Shown one piece after another: positions 1-8,161 of a stretch of DNA of 33,955 nucleotides. The notes beneath the pieces are model-generated. The model did not search any database. It was not told where the DNA came from and saw nothing but the letters and a program-made list of their open reading frames with translations. The stretch spans positions 1 through 33,955 of the forward strand of contig JAYVCD010000029.1 in NCBI GenBank assembly GCA_043750125.1, read 5' to 3'. This stretch comes from Archangiaceae bacterium (GTDB taxonomy: Bacteria > Myxococcota > Myxococcia > Myxococcales > Myxococcaceae). A program made the translations under genes and the position numbers. The first letter of the stretch is position 1; every line of letters begins with the position of its first letter.

Positions 1-399
1 CACGACGCAGCGATGTTCAAGTTTCTGGGCAAACACGTCCCCGAACACTTCGAAGAAAGCTTCCTCCGAAATCTCGAGAACGCAGGCAGGGTGGCCAAGG
101 AGCAGGGCGCCGGCGGGCTGACGCAGCTTGCCGAATTCGCTGGAGCCGCTGGTGTGCTCGGCGAGTACGAAAAGTTTCAGGGAACCCTGAGCATCCCTTG
201 TCACGGTACGGCGAACTCCGCGATCCATTCGAACCTACCATCGAGCCTCGAATCAATCAGAGCGGCGGTGGACCTGTGCGTTCACTGCGCCGGGCAGTTG
301 CTCGATGTCTGCGCCCAATTGCTCGATGACGAACTCGCGCGCTCAGATGCCAAGGGTGCGTTCGAGCAGCTTGCCGCGTTCCCGCAGTTGGCGGAGTAG
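1..399 (+). CDS. Hypothetical helical protein, 5'-partial; possible mobile-element cargo
   Basis: The frame is open from base 1 to TAG at 397-399. It contains YEKFQGTLSIPCHG, loosely like DUF5677/HEPN-type S-x-x-x-H motifs (weak). It is convergent on the terS-like genes. Confidence 0.45.
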   Translation, partial: HDAAMFKFLGKHVPEHFEESFLRNLENAGRVAKEQGAGGLTQLAEFAGAAGVLGEYEKFQGTLSIPCHGTANSAIHSNLPSSLESIRAAVDLCVHCAGQLLDVCAQLLDDELARSDAKGAFEQLAAFPQLAE

Positions 400-524
400 C
401 GGCTTGACGACGGGTCGCGTGCCTCGCGCTCGTCCTTCGTGAGGCCACCTGGGTTGCGGTTCTCGCCTGCCTTTAATTGAGTGCTGGCGCGGCCCTTGGC
501 CACAGCGACCGTCTTTGTGGTCAT
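282..524 (-). pseudogene. Truncated paralogue of the adjacent terminase-small-subunit/DUF5681-like gene
   Basis: It starts MTTKTVA like 543-1022, has GAGGGG upstream and carries ...LKAGENRNPGGLTK. Similarity appears to stop near ~410, and the tail overlaps the + strand gene. Confidence 0.5.
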
Positions 525-1022
525 TCCATACACCCCTCGTCGTCAGAGTTTACCGTCGTGAGCAAGCGCCTCTTCGACGAGCATCTGCGCCCGCAGGTCC
601 CCAAGGCGCTCGCTTTCCGTCGGCGACAACGCCGCCGCCTCCTTCTTGAGCAGCAGGGTCGCCAACTCCTTTAGCCGCTCGATGGGCCAGCCGGTGCCAG
701 CACGGCGTGGTTGAGCCATTGGGGTCACCTCTAGCGACTGCGAGGGCTTGCCGTAGGCGTAAGCGGCCAAAAGCTCGGACGCCTTGAGCCAATCGGGGCC
801 ATCCCGCTCCACCTCGTCGATCCACTTCTGGGCGACGAACTCGTCGACCGCCTTGCGAGCGCGCGCGCGGAAGGCGATGTCTTCTTTTGGGCGTCCCCCC
901 GGATTTAGCTTTGCACCTGGAAGCAGCCGACCAGCCTCATCCCGCCCAGTTGCTGGCTTGTTCTGTGGGATCTCGTTTGGCGTCCTGTCGTTCCCGCCTT
1001 TCGCGACCGTCTTTGTGGTCAT
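505..1022. repeat. 20-bp exact direct repeat GCGACCGTCTTTGTGGTCAT at 505-524 and 1003-1022
   Basis: Read directly from the sequence. It encodes the shared N-terminus of the two paralogues. Confidence 0.9.
543..1022 (-). CDS. Phage terminase small subunit-like / DUF5681-like protein
   Basis: It has RDEAGRLLPGAKLNPGGRPK (GxFxxGxSGNPGGRPK-like) and AYAYGKPSQ (DRGWGKPxQ-like) motifs. Its ATG overlaps the integrase-frame TGA (ATGA, 1019-1022). Confidence 0.65.
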   Translation of the reverse strand: MTTKTVAKGGNDRTPNEIPQNKPATGRDEAGRLLPGAKLNPGGRPKEDIAFRARARKAVDEFVAQKWIDEVERDGPDWLKASELLAAYAYGKPSQSLEVTPMAQPRRAGTGWPIERLKELATLLLKKEAAALSPTESERLGDLRAQMLVEEALAHDGKL

Positions 1023-1297
1023 CCCCTACTCCCGTAGGCAACGAGCAAAGCCCGCGCTCTGGCACCCATCACCTCCGAAGGAACGGCTCGAGCGAACCTC
1101 GCGAAAAGCTCTTGGGCGCGTCCGCCCATCTCAGCCGGCTCGACAGCGCGCCGCGCCCCGCCGGCGCCCCGCGCATCGGTCACAGTCGGTGCGTTTGATA
1201 CGGCCAGTGCGATTGAGGCCGGACGCAACACCGCGGAATCAACCAGCCCGTGCGACAGGTGCCGACGGTGCGGCTCGTGAGAAATGGCTGGAAAGCC

Positions 1298-1341
1298 TTC
1301 GGGACCAAGGGGTCGCAGGTTCGAATCCTGTCTTCCCGACA
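1298..1341 (+). mobile_element. Attachment-site core: 3' half of tRNA-Pro(CGG), not an intact tRNA
   Basis: TTCGGGA anticodon loop, CCAAG, GGGTC, T-arm GCAGG-TTCGAAT-CCTGT and acceptor strand CTTCCCG-A. The expected 5' half (CGGGAAG...CTTGG) is absent upstream. Confidence 0.9.
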
Positions 1342-1348
1342 GTTTGAG

Positions 1349-1395
1349 GGCCCCGGTTTCGTTGGAGAAATCCACGAGGCCGGGGCTTTCGTTTT
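1349..1395 (+). terminator. Rho-independent terminator following the tRNA fragment
   Basis: GGCCCCGGTTTCGT pairs with ACGAGGCCGGGGCT (with G-U pairs) around an inner TGGA-GAAA-TCCA hairpin, followed by TTCGTTTT. Confidence 0.8.
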
Positions 1396-2087
1396 GGTCA
1401 CCTTCCCCGTTCCGCACCACCGGCGCACTGCGCGGGGCATTTGCCGCCAGCTTGAGCACTTCAGCGACTGGCTCGTTGGTCGGCTGGAAGTCGAGACGGT
1501 GAAGCGCGTCGCGCATGTCGTCGAGGTCGAGGTGGCCGTAGATCTCGGTCGTGATCGTCGGTGACCAGTGCCGGAGGATGCGCTGGACGACCGCCAGCGG
1601 AGCGCCGGCCTTGAGGAGCAACGTGGCCGTCGTGTGCCGCAGATCGTGGAACCGGATGCGTCGGGCCTGGGGGGCGGGCCAGAGCTTGAAGCCACATGTG
1701 CAGTGCCGAGCGTCGGAGGTGTGCGCTTTCTCGTGGTGACCGCAGCGGCGGCACTTGTGGGTCCAGCCGTCCACCAGGCCGGCGCGGTTGAGGGCTGAGC
1801 GAAGCAGCCGCGGGAGGTCGACGTTCTCCGACTGCATCGATCCGTCAGCGCGAGGGAAGACGAGCGCTGAGGGCGACTGGCGAAGCGCTTCGGCGAGGAA
1901 GGGCTTCAGGTCGCGGTGAATGGGCAGCACCGCAGCAGAGCCGACCTTGATGGTGTCGGCCTTCCAGCTCCGCCCAATCTCTTGAGCTTCCGACTTGGTC
2001 GCCGAGTTGGTGCGCTGCTGGCGCCAGCGTCCTGCGCCGTCCTTCCACTTGATGACTCAGCCGCCGTCACGCTTGAATACGCTCACG

Positions 2088-2483
2088 TCAACGCTCCTGC
2101 GCGAGCTGCTGGATGCGCTGGAAGGAGTAGCCAGTCAGGACAGCGGCGTCGCGTCGGCTCAATTTCATCCGCTCGGTGAGCTCACGAACGGCCCGCCCGG
2201 CCGCCTTACGCGCGGCGGTGCTCGCCGCCTCCTCCTTCGCTCTCGCCTTGGCCAGCTTGGCGAGCAGCCGCTTCGTCGCGGCGGGCACTTTGATGGCCTC
2301 GTGAATCTCGAGCGCTGCTTCGTCCTTCGCCGACAGATCGAGGCACGCGGCAATCGCTTCACGAATGTGGCGGCGTGCCTCGTCGATCGAGCGGCCCTGG
2401 GTGTGGCATCCCTTCAACCCGGTGGCCGACGCCACCCACCAGCCATCGCTGTCGCGCTCATACTTCACTTTGTAGGGCTTCAT
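2088..2483 (-). CDS. hicB: HicB-family antitoxin with C-terminal HTH
   Basis: YKVKYERDSDGWWVAS...LKGCHTQGRSIDEARRHIREAI is the HicB signature, with HTH LSRRDAAVLTGYSFQRIQQL. ATG at 2483 overlaps the hicA stop; an alternative start is at 2492. Confidence 0.85.
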   Translation of the reverse strand: MKPYKVKYERDSDGWWVASATGLKGCHTQGRSIDEARRHIREAIAACLDLSAKDEAALEIHEAIKVPAATKRLLAKLAKARAKEEAASTAARKAAGRAVRELTERMKLSRRDAAVLTGYSFQRIQQLAQER

Positions 2484-2683
2484 TTCTTCCACCAGTCCTT
2501 CCCGAGGCAGTCCTCGAGATCACGCCGAATGGCGTGGAGCAAGCCCGTGCCGAGATCGATGCCCGCGGGCACGGGGACAACGGTGGTGCACTTTCCGCAG
2601 CAAATGACCACGTGGGATCCTCTCGTTCTGACTTCGACGCACCCAAGCGCCATCAATGTCCGCAGCAAGTCCTTGGCTTTCAT
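2480..2683 (-). CDS. hicA: HicA-family mRNA interferase toxin
   Basis: 67 aa with LG...VRTRGSH...TTVVPV...DLGTGLLHAIRRDL, directly upstream of hicB. Confidence 0.85.
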   Translation of the reverse strand: MKAKDLLRTLMALGCVEVRTRGSHVVICCGKCTTVVPVPAGIDLGTGLLHAIRRDLEDCLGKDWWKK

Positions 2684-3060
2684 CGGAATGATAACTTCTT
2701 TCCGTCTACCTGGCTAGACGACCTTGTGGCAGACGGGGGTGATCGGCGCACCGCCTCCGCCGGGTCTGACGCGTTTTGTGGGAGCTTGGCTCAGCCGTTC
2801 TTGGACCCACCGAAGCAGGCCGGGCATCAGGGGCCGCGCTCGCAACAACGGCCTGCTGGGTCGAATTGCCCCACTTCGACAAAACGTGCCATGCCGCGAT
2901 GCATGTTGCGCCACGCAAAACCGCATACCGCCTTTGAACAAGTCGGGGGCTCGGGACTCGGCCTGCTTTTGGCACGTCGAGCCTCGGCAACACGACGGCA
3001 GTACCTGTTCACCGAGGCAGCCCACGCGAGTGGCGGCGCTTTTTGCGTAGCGGAGATCGA

Positions 3061-4452
3061 ATGAGTGCAGATAACAACCGAACGGCGATCCGGATCCTGG
3101 TGGTGGACGACGAGCAAAATGCTCGGGAAGCACTTCGAACCATTCTCAGCGAGGAAGGATTTGAAGTTGCGGAAGCCGCAGACGGCGAAGATGCCCTGGC
3201 GCAAATTCAGCAGTTCCACCCAGCCGTGGTCCGCTGCGACGTTCGGATGCCCAAGCTCGACGGCATCTCATTGCTGCGCAAGGCGCGTGAGACGGGTTCC
3301 GATTGCAGCTTCATCATGATGACCGCCTTCGCGAGCATCGAAGAAGCGGTCGAAGCGATGCGCTTGAGCGCCGAGAGCTACCTCGTCAAGCCGCTGGAAA
3401 TCAGCGCCGTGCTGGTGGCAGTGGAAAAAGCGATCGAGAGGCGCAGCCTTCGCCAGGACGTGGCGCTCTTGAGTGATCGGCTTCAACAAAAGCAGCCGTA
3501 CACCAACATCATCGGCGAGAGCCCCGAGCTCCACGCGGTGTTCGACATCATCAAGCGCGCCGCCCCCACCCGGGCGACGGTCCTGGTGCTCGGAGAATCG
3601 GGCACAGGCAAAGAGCTGATCGCGCAGGTCATTCACGAAGAATCGACCCGGCGCGACAAGCCGTTCGTGAAGGTCAACTGCGCAGCGCTCTCTGAAAGTC
3701 TGCTCGAGAGCGAGCTCTTCGGTCACGAGAAGGGCAGCTTCACCGGAGCGGTGGGTCGCCGCGAGGGTCGGTTCGAGCTGGCCAATGGAGGCACGCTCTT
3801 TCTCGACGAGATTGGAGACATCTCTTCCGGGATGCAGGTGAAGCTGTTGCGCGTGCTGCAGCAGCACGAGTTCGAACGGGTCGGAGGCACCCAGACCGTC
3901 AAGACCGACGTCCGACTGGTGGCTGCCACCAACAAGGACCTCGAGGCGCAGGTCCGGGCCGGCAAGTTCCGTGAGGACCTCTTCTATCGGCTCAATGTCG
4001 TGTCCGTCACGCTGCCTCCCCTGCGCCAGCGAAAAGCCGACATTCCGCTGCTGTGCACCTACTTCATCCAGAAGTACGCAATGGAGCACGACAAGAAAAT
4101 CACCGGGCTCGCCCCCGGCACGCTCAACGCGCTGCTGTCACACAACTGGCCCGGCAACGTTCGCGAGCTGAGCAATGTGGTCGAGCGGGGGGTGGTCCTC
4201 TCTCACGGAAACATTCTGACGTCCGATGACCTGGCGCCCTCGAACGGCCAGTCTAAAAAAGAGAGCAAGGTCGGTGGCCTGCTGCCGGGCGCTCCTCTGA
4301 ACGTGATCGAGCGGGAAGCGATCCTCAAGACGCTCGAGCTGGTCGGGGGCTCGACTTCCCAGGCCGCAGAGGTGCTGGGAATCAGCGTGCGCAAAATCCA
4401 ATACAAGTTGAAAGAGTACGCGGCTCTCGCGGCATCGACCTTGCCGCAATAG
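3061..4452 (+). CDS. Sigma-54-dependent response regulator (NtrC/AtoC family: REC-AAA+-Fis HTH)
   Basis: ILVVDDE...DVRMP receiver, GESGTGKE Walker [31 protein letters not shown] and [24 protein letters not shown] at 3061 follows GGAG. Confidence 0.95.
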   Translation: MSADNNRTAIRILVVDDEQNAREALRTILSEEGFEVAEAADGEDALAQIQQFHPAVVRCDVRMPKLDGISLLRKARETGSDCSFIMMTAFASIEEAVEAMRLSAESYLVKPLEISAVLVAVEKAIERRSLRQDVALLSDRLQQKQPYTNIIGESPELHAVFDIIKRAAPTRATVLVLGESGTGKELIAQVIHEESTRRDKPFVKVNCAALSESLLESELFGHEKGSFTGAVGRREGRFELANGGTLFLDEIGDISSGMQVKLLRVLQQHEFERVGGTQTVKTDVRLVAATNKDLEAQVRAGKFREDLFYRLNVVSVTLPPLRQRKADIPLLCTYFIQKYAMEHDKKITGLAPGTLNALLSHNWPGNVRELSNVVERGVVLSHGNILTSDDLAPSNGQSKKESKVGGLLPGAPLNVIEREAILKTLELVGGSTSQAAEVLGISVRKIQYKLKEYAALAASTLPQ

Positions 4453-4534
4453 TCGGCAGCTCCCGCCCGGCGCATCATTCGCGCACCGGGCGCAAACTTT
4501 GAAGGGTGGGGAAACCCGCGACCAAACAGGTGGG

Positions 4535-4795
4535 CTATCGGGCCGAGCGCACGACTCTGGCCCAGGCCGGACCCAGGAACTTGACCGGCCCGGTGCGCTT
4601 GGCCAACTCGAATGCGAGCTGGCGCAGCTGTTCGGAGGCCGAGATCTCGGCGCGCGAGAGGTCGATGAGCACCGGCGCGTTCTCGGAGGTGAGCGACAGC
4701 GCTTGAAGGAGCGCATCGACCGAGGCCTCGTCCAGCGGGCCGTGGCTCGTCAAGACGATCTGCCCGCTGCCCTTCACGCTGGTGACTGAAAGCAT
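4535..4795 (-). CDS. Small STAS-like protein
   Basis: IVLTSHGPLD...PVLIDLSRAEI resembles the STAS pattern. GAGGTGG RBS precedes ATG 4795. Confidence 0.5.
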   Translation of the reverse strand: MLSVTSVKGSGQIVLTSHGPLDEASVDALLQALSLTSENAPVLIDLSRAEISASEQLRQLAFELAKRTGPVKFLGPAWARVVRSAR

Positions 4796-4911
4796 GGGCC
4801 ACCTCGAACCTGCCGGACACATCGAGCAACAAGCACGCCACGGCTCGGAAGCCGAAAATCGACACCCTCGAACGGTGCTGAATACCTACGGCCGCGAAAT
4901 TGCTGCCCGCC

Positions 4912-5382
4912 GGAAGAACCCCTGCGGGTTAGCGCAATCGGTCCCACCCCGTTTTCAACGGCTTTCCCGCCAGTCACCCGCGGATTTCGAACGTGGTGGC
5001 CGTGGCGATTCCCCATGAAGGAATGACCTCGGGCACCCTGTTCGTCGCGAACAAGCTGGGGTCCGACGAGTTCTCGGTGCAGGACGAGCTGAGCCTGGGG
5101 ATGTTTGCCCGACGCATCAGCTACGCGCTGCAGATTGTTCGCCTCAACGAGGCCCGGGCGCGAGAACGGGAACGGCTCGAGCTGCTCGCCGACACCGGCC
5201 GCGCCCTGCCCACCTCACTGGACCTGTTGGTCACGCTCGAGCGGGTGGCTCGACTGGCAATTCCCCGGCTGGCTGACGGCTGCGTCATTTACCTCTGTGC
5301 AGAAAACCGCCTGCGTTTCGGCAGCGTGGCCCACCGGAATCCGGCGGCCGAGCAGCAGCTGACAGCGCACCACCCAGGTTGA
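4912..5382 (+). pseudogene. Fragment of a tandem-GAF sensor protein
   Basis: GFPASHPRISNVVAVAIP...GTLFVANK...EFSVQDE is the end of one GAF domain. ERLELLADTGRAL..SLDLLVTLERVARLAIPRLADGCVI starts a second GAF that is cut off at 5382. There is an apparent frameshift near 4939. Confidence 0.7.
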
Positions 5383-5598
5383 CCGCCACAACCGCGAGGG
5401 CACTCGGCTGGCAATGGTGACTCCGGCCGCGCTGAGCCGTTCGTCGACGGTGGCAAGCGTCTCTCGCAATCGGCGCAGGCCGTCACCCAGCTTGTGAATG
5501 TCTTCGGGCTCGAGCGACCTCAGCCGGCTTCGCAGCTGAAGAATTTCAGCAGACAGGTCGGTTGAAGTGGGCTCGCTTGCTTCGGCATGTGTGGCCAT
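5215..5598 (-). CDS. Small hypothetical helical protein; 3' end uncertain
   Basis: AGGAG RBS before ATG 5598 and an amphipathic sequence LSAEILQLRSRLRSL. The tail overlaps the GAF fragment and may be read-through. Confidence 0.3.
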   Translation of the reverse strand: MATHAEASEPTSTDLSAEILQLRSRLRSLEPEDIHKLGDGLRRLRETLATVDERLSAAGVTIASRVPSRLWRSTWVVRCQLLLGRRIPVGHAAETQAVFCTEVNDAAVSQPGNCQSSHPLERDQQVQ

Positions 5599-5749
5599 CC
5601 GTAACTCCTGCATCACGTTGAGAAGTCGACCGAGGACAGCGGTCAGTGCAGGAATAAGGCCGCGAGTGCAGCGCGCTGCCAATCTGGCAGGGCCCAGTCG
5701 CAACAGGTTGGTTTTGCGGCTTCGCCGATTTTGCGCGGGCTACGTCGAT

Positions 5750-8161
5750 TCACGCATCGCGCGTTCGCTGCGCGATTTTCAAGACGTCGGCGAGGACACC
5801 CGCGGCAGTGACCGCACCGCCTGCGCCGGCGCCCTGCACGATCAGCGGGTATTCCTGGTAGCGCGCCGTGGTGAACGCGACGAAAGCTTCCGAGCCACGA
5901 AGGCGGGTGGCGGGGTGGGCGGCCTCGAGGGCCATCGGGCCGACCTTCACCGTTCGGGTCGAGGGCTCGATTCGCGCCAGGTAACGCAGCACCTTGCCCT
6001 CTTTGCGGCAGGTCTCGATGGTCTGCGCGACGACGCGGTCCTGAGCGAGCGCCTCGAGGAAACGTTCCAGCGACGGCTCGGCCATCAGCTCGCGCGGCAC
6101 GAAAGGTTCGATGGTGACCTCTTCGAGCGACAGCGGCAACCCGAGCTCTCGCGCGAGGATCAGTGCCTTGCGCGCCACGTCCAGCCCGGACAGGTCGTCC
6201 TGGGGGTTGGGTTCGGTGTACCCCAGCCGCCTGGCCTCGAGGACCGCACGCGCGAGAGGCACGCCCTTCATCAGCTCGTTGGCCAGGTAGCCTAGCGTTC
6301 CTGAGAAGCACCCTTCGATCGACAGCACTTCATCGCCGGTGCGAATCAAATCTTTGAGCGTGCCGATGACGGGCAGGCTCGCTCCGACCGTCGTCTCGTA
6401 GTTGAAGGCCCGGTGGTGTTGGCGGGCCGCAGCGATCAGCGCCTGCCGCGCGTCCCACGGCAGGGTCAGCGGCTTCTTGTTGGCAGTGACGACGTGAATT
6501 CCCCGCTCGAACGCTTCGGCGTACAGCGCTTCCATTCCTGACGCGGCGGTGCAGTCGACAAGAACGGGCAAGGGCAGACGCCGCAACTTTTCGAGCAACG
6601 CCCTTCGGGCCGAAGGCGACCCGTCGAACGGCTCGGCGATTCCGTCCCACGCCACCTTCTTGCTGTCGCACACGGCGACCACCCGAATCGCGATGCCGTG
6701 TTCCTCGGCGAGCTTGTGCTGTTGCGCTTGAATCTGGGCCAGCAGTTGGCTGCCGACCGTGCCGGTGCCGAGGACCAGCACGCTGACTTCTTCCTTCGCG
6801 AAGTGGAACGTGGCGTGAACGGTGCGCACCGCGACTGCAGTATCGGCCGCCTCGATGACACAAGAGACCGAGCGCGCGCTGGCGCCTTGCGCGATCGCAT
6901 GGACGTTGATTCCGACCGAGCCCAGGGCGTGGAGAAAACGTCCGGCCACGTCCGGCCTTTGCCCCATCGTCTCGGCGACCAGGGTGAGCAGCGTCACCGG
7001 CTGACGCACCCGCGGAGGCTCGACTTCGCCGCGGGTCATTTCGAGCTCGAGCTCATCGGCGATCGCCCGCTGTGCGGCGGCGACTGCCGCCTGAGGAACG
7101 ACCACCGCGACCGCCTGGCCATGCGCCGATTGGGTCGCCATCCAGACGGTGACGCCGGCGGCCTCGAGCGCGTGCAGCACCCGACCTCCCAACCGCACGC
7201 CCTGAGACAGCTGCCGGCATTCGACGCCGATCACTGCCAGGTGCTCGAGCGAAGTGACCGAGGTGGCCTTGTTGCTGTCGGCGGCTCCGGCGGCGTCGAT
7301 GACCGTGCCTGCGGCCTGCGGCTGCATCGTGTTGCGAATGCGCAGCCGAATGCCGGACTCGATCAACGGAATCATCGTGCGCGGGTGGAACATTCGGGCG
7401 CCGAAGCTCGCGAGCTCGAGGGCTTCCATGTAGGACAGTCGCTCGAGCGAATAGGCGTCGGGGACGATCGCAGGGTCCGCGGTCATCACCCCCGGCACGT
7501 CCGTCCAGACGTGAACCTCGGCGGCCTTCAGCCCGCGCGCGAGCAACGTCGCGGTGTAGTCCGACCCGTTGCGGCCCAGCGTGGTGGTTCGGCCGTCCAC
7601 GGTCTGCCCGAGAAAGCCGGTGGTGACGACGAGGTGGTTTTGAAAGGTCGTCGCCAAAGCTGTGAGCTTCAGATGCGTGGCGGCCACGTCGACGCGCGCA
7701 GCGCCGAACTGATCGTCGGTCACCGTCCACTGGCGAGAATCGAGGACCAGCGCGGGCAACCCTTTCGCCTTCAGCAGATCCACGAGCACCACCGCGCTCA
7801 GCCGTTCGCCGAACGACATCACGGTATCGAGCATCTGCGCCGTCTGCTCTCGAACGGTGGCGATGCCTTCGAGCAGTTGGCGCAAGGAAGCAATCAACGC
7901 GTCGATCGCGCTTCCCGCCACGCCCGCTGCATTGGCCCGCACCAACAGGGCGATGCGGTCGACCTCGGCGTGCGCGCTGGGCAGCTCTCCTCGCGACGCC
8001 GCGCCCGCCGCTTCGATCAACCCGTCGGTGGTGTCGCCCATTGCCGAGACGACGACCGCGATGGGTCCTTTGGCGTGCTCGGAGGCAATCAGGTCCACCA
8101 CCTGGGGCAGTCGTCGGCCGACCGAAGAGCCCCCGAACTTCATCACCGTCAGCGGGCTCAT
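5750..8161 (-). CDS. thrA: Bifunctional aspartate kinase/homoserine dehydrogenase
   Basis: VMKFGGSSV, TTTLGRNGSDYTA, WTDVPGVMTADP, two ACT-like segments, GTGTVG, TANKKP, YETTVGASLP, GYTEPNPQDDLSG and GAGAGGAVTA. Confidence 0.95.
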   Translation of the reverse strand: MSPLTVMKFGGSSVGRRLPQVVDLIASEHAKGPIAVVVSAMGDTTDGLIEAAGAASRGELPSAHAEVDRIALLVRANAAGVAGSAIDALIASLRQLLEGIATVREQTAQMLDTVMSFGERLSAVVLVDLLKAKGLPALVLDSRQWTVTDDQFGAARVDVAATHLKLTALATTFQNHLVVTTGFLGQTVDGRTTTLGRNGSDYTATLLARGLKAAEVHVWTDVPGVMTADPAIVPDAYSLERLSYMEALELASFGARMFHPRTMIPLIESGIRLRIRNTMQPQAAGTVIDAAGAADSNKATSVTSLEHLAVIGVECRQLSQGVRLGGRVLHALEAAGVTVWMATQSAHGQAVAVVVPQAAVAAAQRAIADELELEMTRGEVEPPRVRQPVTLLTLVAETMGQRPDVAGRFLHALGSVGINVHAIAQGASARSVSCVIEAADTAVAVRTVHATFHFAKEEVSVLVLGTGTVGSQLLAQIQAQQHKLAEEHGIAIRVVAVCDSKKVAWDGIAEPFDGSPSARRALLEKLRRLPLPVLVDCTAASGMEALYAEAFERGIHVVTANKKPLTLPWDARQALIAAARQHHRAFNYETTVGASLPVIGTLKDLIRTGDEVLSIEGCFSGTLGYLANELMKGVPLARAVLEARRLGYTEPNPQDDLSGLDVARKALILARELGLPLSLEEVTIEPFVPRELMAEPSLERFLEALAQDRVVAQTIETCRKEGKVLRYLARIEPSTRTVKVGPMALEAAHPATRLRGSEAFVAFTTARYQEYPLIVQGAGAGGAVTAAGVLADVLKIAQRTRDA

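Larger units (their letters stand above)
1019..2086 (-). pseudogene. int: Tyrosine integrase (Mx8-like, Zn-ribbon insert), inactivated by a nonsense codon and an internal deletion
   Basis: Catalytic region RFHDLRHT...LRH...IYGHL, preceded by CRRCG...CTCG. GTG start at 2086 with AGGAG RBS gives MSVFKRDGG*VIKWKDGAGRWRQQ, with TGA at 2057-2059. The N-terminal arm is joined in frame directly to RSWKADTIK, with no core-binding domain or box I Arg. Confidence 0.85.

Noticed and set aside
1260-1341. Complete tRNA-Pro gene
   Set aside because: There is no 5' acceptor strand, D-arm or 5' anticodon stem; only the 3' half is present.
2779-2810. GGGAGCTTGGCTCAGCC as a tRNA 5' half or second att site
   Set aside because: The resemblance is short, with no D-stem closure or anticodon arm, and it shares nothing with the 1298-1341 core.
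2880-2990. Sigma54 promoters at TGGCACG (minus ~2891, plus ~2970)
   Set aside because: Neither has the -12 TTGC element at the required spacing.
3730-3750. GSFTGA instead of GAFTGA as a sign of an inactive activator
   Set aside because: GSFTGA is a common natural variant, and the key F and T residues are retained.
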